Assembly (NCBI GenBank): GCA_964016885.1
Contig: OZ024740.1
Location: forward strand, 86,242,001 to 86,306,000
DNA length: 64,000 bases
Origin: Eledone cirrhosa
Taxonomy: Eukaryota
Direction: 5' to 3'
Shown: positions 53,140 to 64,000 of the stretch, piece by piece
Layout of the letters: each line of letters starts with the position of its first letter
How positions within the stretch are numbered: position 1 is the stretch's first letter
Made by a program: the position numbers and the translations under genes
The notes under the pieces: generated by a model
Database searches by the model: none
Told to the model about the DNA's origin: nothing
Seen by the model: only the letters and a program-made list of their open reading frames with translations

Positions 53140-54000
53140 GATCGCTCCATTGAAGATGAAGCATGCATAAAATTATTGGTCCAAACTTCCCGATTTCTAA
53201 TCGTAGCAAGATCCCGTCAGTGAGGCCTGTGTCCCTCGCCAACAAAATCCTGATGGTTATGTTTGCATGTCCTATTCGGCGTTGTACATCTGTAGACCAA
53301 AGAAGCAGTTTTCCTGTAGATTCATCATGGCGGGAAAAATGACTAGCAAGAGAAAACGGACGGGATCGAGCTTTTGATGAAACTCGTGGCAGATCACCAT
53401 AAAGAACGTTGTTGGCCATTTAACTTTGCTATGAAATGTTGAACACCGCACATAACATCTTAGTGTAGGAACCATCAGGTATCCTTGAGTGAGTGACACT
53501 GAGAGTCCAGGATACAGAAGCATATAATAAGATTGTTTCGACCGTACCTAGAAGATATTAATCAAACACATCTAGGCCAGTAAATGTAGCTGTAGTATTA
53601 TCTTGTATCGCCTTCGCAAAGTTCCGATGTTCATTGTGTAGTCCATGGTTCACAGCCGTCCACGATAGAGGAAGTAGCGGCGTGTCGTTCGGCGTTTGGC
53701 TGCGTGTGTCCCCATATCGAATTTGAAATCAAAATCAGAGCACCTTAGAAGTAAGCCTTTGTTGACATATAGGTTGTGTCTTTTCTTGAGAATTACATTT
53801 ATATAAAAGTGAATTCCGTGACCCTGAGGCGTCGTTGTAACAAAAATGACATCATTTCCAACAAGCTAACCTCCACAAGATAACCCGAGCTGCTGCATAA
53901 CACCCACATTTAATTCATATCATATCCAGTCCTCATAAATTTAGTCCTAAATACACTACTGGGGCAGTTATTTCTGAACCACGCCTCCCTGGAATTAACG
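53140..54000 (-). mobile_element. Old RTE LINE 3' fragment
   Basis: LYGDLPRVSSK.RSR..SLASHFSRH..KLLLW. Heavily degenerate upstream. Confidence 0.65.
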
Positions 54001-54004
54001 TTGC

Positions 54005-54048
<44 letters not shown>

Positions 54049-54197
54049 AAGAAAAAGAAGAAGAAGAAGAAGAAGAAAGTACAACAACAACGACGAAGAA
54101 GAAGAAAGCAACAACAGCAGCAGCAACTACAAGTGTTATTACAAATTTGAATAATGATAAATTTATATATATATATACTGTATATATATATATATTT

Positions 54198-54514
<317 letters not shown>

Positions 54515-54569
54515 CAATTTAGTAGTCAAATACAATTATTAAGCTCTAAGAAAATACTTCTGACCATTA

Positions 54570-55191
54570 CAGTACAATTTAAAAAAATATGATCAACACT
54601 AATGTGTTTTTTTTTGCAAAATTACAATAATTTTTTAGCCAGATAGAAATACCTTAATTCAAGTACATATAGTCCGCCTTCGGTAGAGCTGAATTCATAA
54701 TCCTATATTTACGGCTGTTATTTCTAGCGCCATGGATATGAGCCAGAATGCTGAAAAGGTCGTGTGCAAAAGCACATGTATTAGGCTTGCGACAGATCAG
54801 TCTTAAGATTATTATCTTAGGAGAAGTAACTATAATTTCTGGGTGCCTATTGAAAATCACAGAAAATTGATTACTTCACTAATAATTATTTTATAAATAG
54901 TTGTTCCGTAATTAATTAATTATTTCATTAGTATACCATCCCTTGTGAAACAGGTTTATGTTTTGAAGTTCCGACCGATCTGCTGAAAAGGTTTGAATTT
55001 TGAAATTTAAACTTGTCTAGGCACCAGGCAGTTGCCATTTTACGTCTGTAAGTATAGATTTAATATTTAATATTTCCTAGATCGATACAGGCGGACTATA
55101 TGTACTTGAATTAAGGTATTTCTATCTGGCTAAAAAATTATTGTCATTTTGCAAAAAAAACACATTAGTGTTGATCATATTTTTTTAAATT

Positions 55192-55197
<6 letters not shown>
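54570..55197. mobile_element. Tc1/mariner-type MITE
   Basis: About 108-bp TIRs (54571-54679 and 55089-55196). TA|CAGT left end, TA flank on the right. No coding capacity seen. Confidence 0.82.
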
Positions 55198-55284
<87 letters not shown>

Positions 55285-55656
55285 GTATATGTATATATAT
55301 ATATATCATGAAAATAAAAAGTTACGGGCGATAGAGGGTAATATCCATCATCAGTTGTCTGCTAGGAATCATAGATATTTCTTCGCGTTAGAGACAATAT
55401 ACCTCAACCTAGGGCGAGCAATAACTAAAGTAAGTTATTGGGAAAAAAAGGGGTGGGTGAGAAAACACGTAAACAGACACGAAAAGTGAAGCAACGTAAA
55501 GAAAGGAAAAATATCAAGGCACAAACTTTTTTCGGAATCATAGATATTTCTTCGCGTTGATTTCTAACAGACAACTGATGATGGATAGATATAACCCTCT
55601 TTCGTCCGTAAACTTTTATTTTCATTATACTTAATTGCAACCACACAGCCCGCCAT

Positions 55657-55705
<49 letters not shown>

Positions 55706-55983
55706 GTTTTGAATTCAGTCCTGCAATTGAAGAGTTTAACAGCCAGAATGTCTTGCAATGTTGCAGTTTTGCACTCTGGAAAGTCCGAAATTCCGAAAGT
55801 TTATTTTTTCACAACAAATTAACGAGACATTTGCAATTAGCTCATTTGTAAACAGACGCTTTTTTTTTTTTAAAACTTACAGAGACGTTTTTATGTTCTT
55901 TTTATTTTCGCCTTTCTTTTCGGATCTTCTCATTCTTCATCTTCTTGTTTTTATCTTTGTATGTTGTATCATCGTCGTTTTTC

Positions 55984-56060
<77 letters not shown>

Positions 56061-56470
56061 CTTCTTCTTCTTCTTCTTCTTCTTCTTCTTCTTCTTCTTC
56101 TTCTTCTTCTTCTTCTTCTTCTTCTTCTTCTTCTTCTTCTTCTTCTTCTTCTGCTGCTGCCCCGCTTCCTTCATTCTTTTTCTTCTACACCATCCTCTTC
56201 GTCTTTCTCCTCTTCTTCTCATTCTCTTTCTCCTCTGACTTCGTATCTTTGTCTTCTTCTTCATTTTCTACTTCTTCTCTACCTCCACTTTTCATCAACA
56301 TAATTATCATGATCATCTTCAGATAGTTCTTCATCATCGTAATCATAAGCATCATAGCCATCATCAGCATTAGTATTCCCATCACCACCACATAAACTGC
56401 TCTACACACCACCACTACCACCACCACTACCACCATAACTTCACCACTACCACCATCATCATCATCAATC
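55984..56470. repeat. Compound (GTT)n(CTT)n and CAT/CAC-rich trinucleotide tract
   Basis: Direct reading. Similar tracts at 28426-28770 and 54005-54125. Confidence 0.95.
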
Positions 56471-56570
56471 ATTATATCGATAATCAGACTTCAATACATT
56501 GAAATCATTCATTACCAACAAAACGAATCGCACTCATAGACATACACACGCGTTCTCTCTCTATCTCTCT

Positions 56571-56658
<88 letters not shown>

Positions 56659-57035
56659 CACACACACACAAACGCACACACACCGGCACAGAAACTTACA
56701 TATACATTAGAAAAACAAAGACGCACTCACATACACATAGTTCCATACATGGCTACTGTGAGAGGTGTATATGTAGGCGTGTTTATGTGTGGTGAGTGGC
56801 ACGGATGTCTGGCTACTTCGGAGCTGATTGTTCACAGGTACCGTTTTCACAATTAAGATTGCGTTTCCAAATAACGGAAACCTAATTAGTAACCCAATAT
56901 TCGTCATCCGTGTGAGGATGAAAGAATTTAATTACCGAGTGACTTAGCCACTCGGTGATTGGCCAGGAATAGCAAAAGAAAGTGAAAAAGACGAGAAAAT
57001 GAAATAAAGTTTTAAATATATATACACACACAAAG

Positions 57036-57159
<124 letters not shown>

Positions 57160-57212
57160 GTGTATAAATATATATATATATCAAGAAAGAAGAGTGACCC
57201 GGTTGTTATCCC

Positions 57213-57315
<103 letters not shown>

Positions 57316-57554
57316 GATATATAATATATATGTATATACATATATATATATATGTGTGTATATACATGTACATATTTATGATATATATAAATATTTATAT
57401 TTGTGTGTATATTTGTATGTATAATTTTATGTATGTTTGCATGTATGTATGCGTGTATGTATGCATATATGAATGTATACATTTATTTATGTAAATATGC
57501 ATGCATGTTTGCACGTGTGTGTTTGTTTGTTGGCGTAATTATATATATATATAC

Positions 57555-57666
<112 letters not shown>

Positions 57667-57828
57667 GAATATTAAATATTAAAACAAAAATAATTTAGTA
57701 TTTTTCTTTCGTATTTATTTGTTTGTGTTTTTGACATGGCAACTGTCGATGTAAATTAACTTATATGTATCATTATGCATATTGGTATCGGCATTATTAT
57801 TATTATTATTATTATTATTATCATCAAT

Positions 57829-58012
57829 GCGGTGGATTGGCAGTATCGGTAGAGGTTTGGACGCCATGCTTTGACGCATAGAGTTACGGCCTTTGAGTTC
57901 AAATCCCGCCGAGATTAACTTTGCCTTTCATCCTTACAGGGTCGATAAAATAAAGTACCAGTAATGTACTGGGTAATTGCTGGCCTTGTGCCAAAAGTAG
58001 AAACAATTATTA
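57829..58012 (+). mobile_element. tRNA-SINE with 18-bp TSD
   Basis: ATTATTATTATCATCAAT at 57811-57828 and 58009-58026. Confidence 0.9.
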
Positions 58013-58064
58013 TTATTATCATCAATACCAGCACTGTCGAAGTCGATATTAATAAATAATAATA

Positions 58065-58272
58065 ATTATGGTTTTTGATTTAGGCACAAGGCCAGTACTT
58101 TTGGGGAGAGTAGAAAGTCGATTAAATTGACCCAAGTGCGTTACTGGTACTTTATTTTATCGGCCCGTAAGGATGAAAGGCAAAACTAAACTTGCGGGAT
58201 CTGAACTTAGAACGAGGAGGGCGTAACTCTGTGCCGCTAAGCATGTTATCCAACTCTTTACCTATTCTTCCA
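58065..58272 (-). mobile_element. tRNA-SINE (longer subfamily) inserted in the TAA tail of Tx1 copy 5
   Basis: Family core and tail; (TAA)n at both ends. Confidence 0.85.
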
Positions 58273-58294
58273 ATAATAATAATAATAATAATAA

Positions 58295-60800
58295 TCTTTT
58301 CTTTATTGATCACAAAAGGGCTTTAAAAATACATTAAGGACAGCATAGGAAGGTACAGGACGGTACAAATATGGGTTTCTGCGTGATTAAAAAGAAGTAC
58401 TCGTCATCAGCCCTTTCAAACATTTCCACCACACGACCTCTTTCGCCATTGTCTCCAGGTAGATAAAAGCCGCCTGTCCTTCCCGGCTTAAGGTACGCGG
58501 CGGGGAAATCTTCACGATGGACTCAGCTGATAGCCGAATCCGTCCTACACGCGACAGCAGGTGTTCGACATAAACCCACAATCAGCAATGCGCGGACACT
58601 GGACGAGTGCGTGCAAAACTGTTTTGTCGCTCAGCGTGCATCTCAGACAGGTCCGACCGACGGCACTGCCAGGTCAGGACTTTCTTGAAGTTACCCATGG
58701 GCCCCAGCCCAAAGTTTTGGATAGTTGATTTTCGTCGACGTCCAGGATCTCCCATGGATGTTGTCGCTCTTACCCTCCACTAACTCTCTATAGAGCTCCA
58801 AAGTGGAGTTTCCACCGATCGTAGTGCCCCAACAAGTCTGGCATATGAATGTAAATCTCGTAGGCAGACCATCTAAACCAGGTGACTTACCCATCGTGCA
58901 GCTAGTCATTGCCTCCCATATTTCAGCGGCTTTTATCGTTTTTTTTGCAACACCCCACCCCAGTGACCGAGAGCCGCGGTAGACAGTCGAGGTAGGCACA
59001 AATGTCTATCCCACAATCCGGCCCACCACTGCCTCTGGACAGCTGAGCGAAGTGCCGCTGAAAAGCCGTACACATTTGCCCGGGATCGACTAACATGCAT
59101 CCATCGTAGTCCTCCAAAAATTGGATCGTGGCAGGTGGCCCTGCTTACATCATGACCCCAGGCTATGTGCATTTATACAGACTATCCTGATAAAAGCCAT
59201 GTTCGATAAAATATCATGAAAACAAATGAGAGATGGAAAACCCATACCTTTGGCTTTTTGGAAGCAGGGTGGGTGATCCATCCCTTCGGCCGGTGGTGGG
59301 TTTCTCCATGATATTGTCTGTATATTCTCTTCGACAGAGACCATCGATAGTCTCCAGCTGACGCGGGAACATTTTTAAAGATTATATATATCTTTGGGGA
59401 AATTTCGATTATTTTTGTTTGGGGAAGGTGCAAATTTTGGTGTTTATATGTAATTTGTTTCTGTGATGTTGTTGTTGTGTTGTATGTAATTTAAGTGTTT
59501 TATGTTGCCTATAGCTGTGTATTGTGACTGCGTTTGGGAGGATGTTGATGAATTTTGTGTTTGCTGTGGTGTTGATGGACGTGACGAAGGGGTTGATGAT
59601 GATGATCATGGTGATGATGATGATGATGGTGATAGTGGTGGTGGTGGTGATGTAGATGGTGGTGGTGATGGTGTTGGCGCTTGTGACGGTGTGGCTGTTA
59701 ATGGTGATGATGGTGGTAGCGTTGACGTCTTCACTTTTTTTGTTTGTTTCACCCTCTTTTGAGGGGTGAATGGTGGGGGGCTCTTTCTTTTTTTCTCTCG
59801 CTACGACAGTTTTACCTCCTTCAGCGTCATCACACTCGTTGTCCGATTGTGCGATATGGGAAAGGGGCATATTCTCCACTTGGTGATGTTGTTGTTGGTG
59901 AAGATAGTGCTTCTGCTATTGATGTCATCGGTGCCTGTATTGGTAGTTTTGCCGCCACCGCGGCCACAGATGATTTGCCCACTCCAGGCGTGGGACACGG
60001 CGTAGGGAGGAAAGGGGTCTCGTCTCCGCCTTTAGGTGCGTTTTATCTCCACTACCGTGACACCTTGGCCCTATACCCTCGACGGTCACGGGTAGATGGC
60101 TGTCCAGGTCGATCACTTCGGGAATGGCGTCTATATCTTCATGGTTAAATTAAATTGTTAGATCCGTCGCCGAACCTGACAAGTTTTCTTGTTTTATTCG
60201 CATGATGTCTAAGATGGTGGTCATCTCTTCGACGTCAGCGAGGATGACGCCGTCAGCCAAGCGATCTCTACTGAGCGGGAAACCTGAGTCATTCGGACCC
60301 TCACAAATTTTTGGCCGCAGTACGTCGGCACCATGGTGATCTCTCGTTGCGGAGTGGCATAGTAAAGTGTGTTCTGGCTTCTTCGGGTGTAGCCAAGAAA
60401 ACCATAGCCATATTTTTTGCCCCTGTCCATGTGTGTGTGTGTGTGTGTTTTTAGTCCAGACGGCACCCATAGCCTTTAGACTTGGAACTCGGTCACCTCG
60501 GTACAAGACCGTACACAGACCTCTGTTTTTTCATGACGTGGGTTGGATGGACGAGGCTGACCCTGTGGCTACTCTTCTGGACCAAAAGCTTGGCCTCCCT
60601 TATCTATTTGCCGCTAACGTGGATCCTTTCTACATTTCTTGCCGTTCTCACGACGGTTGCTTGATGGTGGTGTTTGCAACAAGTTTGCCATTGTCTTTTG
60701 TTTCGTTGGAAAAGAAAATCCGTCCTTGACTGCTGCTCGTTAAATGTTTCACAAAGTTGCTGTTGTCACTGCTGGTGACCCAACTATGATTGAAAAAAGC
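58295..60800 (-). mobile_element. Tx1-type LINE, copy 5, old and multiply deleted
   Basis: 3' end as in copy 1. ORF2 scraps (MGKSPGLDGLP, HLLSRVGRIRLSAES) and ORF1 remnants (VPTYCGQKFVRVR, LPVTVEG..PRC). Confidence 0.8.
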
Positions 60801-63037
60801 GTTGTTCTGTTTTGCGGACGAAATTTGCTCAAGATACTAAGCATTGGGATCAAACACGGCATCTCAAATTACGAAGAGAAATTATTTACCATTCGGCCGT
60901 CTTTGCGGTACCATAGGACATTTTAGACTCTCGTATACATACAAAACAATGAAATTGTCAATACTGGAATACCTTTGATTATAGATTTGAGGGTGGGCTG
61001 AGGCTAAACATGAACGACAACAAGAAAAACAACTGTAAACGGATGAACCAACAAGATAGCCACATGGCGATACCTCTACTAGATAAAAATAGCAGTCAAC
61101 TTTTCCCTAAATGTTTACTCTATTGTCTTCAAAAAGGCAAGATGCATTGGATAATATATTCTTCAATATACATTTTCTGAAAAAAAAGATGATGATGATG
61201 ATCTTCGTTGGAATATCTTTGATAATAGATTTGCTCAGCCTCAGTACTGATATAAGCCTAAACAACGATCATATTCACAGATATGGCATCACTTCACTCT
61301 ACGCTATAGAAGGTGAGGATTTAGCAGAGACAAAGCTGTTTTACCTTTTAGTCAGAAAGGAAATTGCAGTGGCCATGAATTTTTTCAGGGCCTTCACAAC
61401 ACGTTGCAAGCATTTCGATCAGATACCCAGTCGAAATGTTTGCAAAAGAGTGGACTCTACACTAAAGGTACTTAAGGGCCGGGTTAAATCAAGCGATCAA
61501 TTCTGTCAACAACTCAAATATATACCAACAGAAGTTGAACTCAGAATGCAAACATTAGGAACGAATACAGCAAGGCATCTTATCCGACACTCTAACAATT
61601 TCATCAACCCATAACTATACAGTCGTATTTTATTTTTGTGTGGAAAGACAGTTTAAAGTCATTTCCTAAAATCTATAAATCATTGAACATATATAGCAAA
61701 ATGTAAATTCTATTGTTGTACAAATATTGGTCAGTATATGGCAGGTGAAATAAGTTCTGATCATGGATATTGTAGTAGAATTGTCAACAACAAAAAATGG
61801 TATCACTTAGTCGAGAAGAATGACATTTTTCACATCTCTGACTAATGTGAGATTGAGGAAGGAGGATAGGATCTAAACCCGGAGGATGCACCCAAATCCA
61901 AATGCTTGGTGAGGTGTTAACCTGGATGATGGATGAAATCTACAACCAGAAACTCACTGCCGGTGAACTGAGGGGTCCCGAGGGAGTTTGCTGCAGAAAG
62001 CAACCTGCATTAACAGCAACAATGCACCAGTATAACGAAAAACTTTAAAACTCGAGCAACACCATTAGAGATCAAAATTCTAAGGACCACTACCACAAGC
62101 TCTACCACGATTGAATAACACCAACAAACCCAGCACAGCAATAACAGAAACAAAAGTTGAACGGAAATCATCATTCTGTTGAAGATCACTTGTTGGTTAC
62201 AGACATCAATAACAAAACTCTCTTTCTCAGATGTCTAAACGTGCGATAAGAAGTTGTAGAATATATTAAATGAATCGTAAAATCGATTAACGGAAACATT
62301 AAAAGAACTTTGAATTTGTTAGTAACGACATTAAAAGTATTCAACGGTAGCTTCAATGATAAATTGTTGATGAACAAGACACCAATATATAAACAAAAAC
62401 ATTTCCTGAAATTTGGTAGACTTCAGGTGGAGTTGTCATATCAAATTTTATCGATTTCCTTCAATGATGCGAAGACGTAAGAAGCTTTTGTAAGTAGACA
62501 AGTTTCTTTCTCTTCAAGTTTGAATGTACGAAAGTTAAATGTGTAAGATATCGAATTGGTCTGAAAACTGAAACATGTTCCCATCGCCCTCAAACTACCC
62601 GATATAAATATGGTAGAAAATTTGTTAGATTGTTGTTGCTCTTGTTGTTTCTGCTATTGTTGATGTTGCTGTGGTAAGTGTTGTAGCGGTTACTTAGCTT
62701 CATGTCAGACATCATTCAGCCGACTCTCATCAAAAGTATTCCAGTTGCTGTGACCTTCCATCTTCTTTTCTTCCAGATATACTTTATAGAGAGCCTTTTT
62801 CTAGCAGAATGCCTTATAAGGTATAACTGACCATAAATTGAGCTACGCCAACAAAACAGTCATTCAACAAGCAATGTAAGTAGTAAAGAAACACAATGTA
62901 CATTACAAATTACAAAGAGAGAGAGGTGGGGTAAATAAAGAAAAAAAAAAGAAAGAAAGAAAAAGAAGTCTTCAATCAATCGAAATTGGAACTAAAGATT
63001 ATGTTACAAAATGTAAGTAAAAAGTTGTTTATGTTAT

Positions 63038-63195
63038 AATTGTTTCTACTTTAGGCACAAGGCCAGCAATTACTCAGTGCATTACTGGTACTTTATTTTA
63101 TCGACCTCGTAAGGATGAAAGGCAAAGTCAACCTCGGCGGGATTTGAACTCAGTTCGTAAAGGGACGTAACTATGCTGGAAAAAATGACGTCCGG
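63038..63195 (-). mobile_element. tRNA-SINE, 5'-truncated, 17-bp TSD
   Basis: GTTGTTTATGTTATAAT at 63024-63040 and 63195-63211. Confidence 0.9.
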
Positions 63196-63334
63196 TTGTT
63201 TATGTTATAATGACATTACGCATGTCATACAAAACTGAAGGGCTACCCAGTTCTGATCGTCAATGTTTTCTTCCCTTGTATAGGATATTTCTAACAACTC
63301 GTGTGACGCGTAGATACTTCCAAGTTTATTCGGA

Positions 63335-63835
63335 AGTTAGGTTATATATTAAGGATGATGTATTGGCAATAGTGTATCATTGTTGCTAATTTAGATTCCA
63401 TTTGAAGGATGATATAATATAGACAGCGAGTGAGAGTTACTAATACTGAAACACAAATATAGATTATATGTTAAGGTTGGTGTAGTGTCTACAATATGAT
63501 TGCTGTTAATATTAAAGCACAAATTTGGAATTTCTGTTAAGGTTGATGTAATCTCCACAATATATGATTATTGCTAAACTTAGGGTATATATTAAGATTG
63601 ATATATGTGAGTAGTGTGGTATTTTTGCTAATATGAAAACACACATGTAGGTCATATGTTAAAATTGACGCAGTGAACACCGTTGATTGTTGCTAATTTT
63701 AAATCAGGAAGTTAGGTTATATGTTAAGGTTAATGTCCTTGTTATTTGATTGTTGCTAATATTGAAACTCAAATTTGCACTATATGCTAAAGTTGGTGCA
63801 TTGTGCACAGTGTATGATTGTCGCTAATACTGTAC
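63335..63835. repeat. Degenerate minisatellite, about 60-65 bp period
   Basis: Recurrent TATATGTTAAGGTTGATG..ATGATTGTTGCTAATATTGAAAC motif, about 8 copies. Confidence 0.7.
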
Positions 63836-64000
63836 CAGAAATCCGTAATTAATCTGCTACCTTAACTCGGATCGCTTATTAAGACAAAGCATCAAGAGAA
63901 TAATATTAGATTAGAAAGCGAATGAATAATTAAGCCGAAAGAGTATAAATGGTGAACTTTAAAGGCTACTTCAAATATCTAATTGGCAACAACGAGGAAA

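Noticed and set aside
56933-56959. Hairpin ACCGAGTG..CACTCGGT as a Helitron end or terminator
   Set aside because: No CTRR terminus follows, and bacterial terminators are not relevant here.
61111-62540. 167-aa ORF and possible exon-like stretches
   Set aside because: Overlaps decayed SINE sequence, has stops in candidate frames, and shows no recognisable domain.

Overview
Eukaryotic, gene-free, repeat-saturated window. The SINE, microsatellite and LINE content resembles coleoid cephalopod (octopod-like) DNA; this is inference. No host exon could be supported. (1) About 0.6-23 kb is a contiguous train of non-LTR retroelements, almost all separated by (TAA)n runs: a near-full-length R4/Dong-type RLE element with two 3' derivatives (+), four Tx1-type L1-clade elements and a tRNA-SINE (-). 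(2) A Chapaev3 DNA transposon (CAC..GTG ends, TAA TSD) lies at 28.9-31.1 kb. (3) About 31-55 kb is a (TA)n-rich zone holding Penelope-like elements with C-terminal GIY-YIG (Hydra-type), two RTE copies with twin-priming inversions, a probable Helitron shell and a Tc1/mariner MITE. I could fold 11 type I hammerhead ribozymes by eye (9 with canonical cores, 2 with single core substitutions) from about 6 unrelated repeat families, plus partial ones. Four sit in a non-coding 310-nt tandem/mirror array that looks like a retrozyme-like circular RNA module. Main candidates for novelty: this 310-nt hammerhead unit; the (TTA)n-targeting Tx1 family with exchangeable ORF1/5' modules and an apparent partner SINE with ATTAT-starting TSDs; and partitioning of microsatellite targets among retroelement clades. 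All calls are by eye, with no alignments or database searches run.
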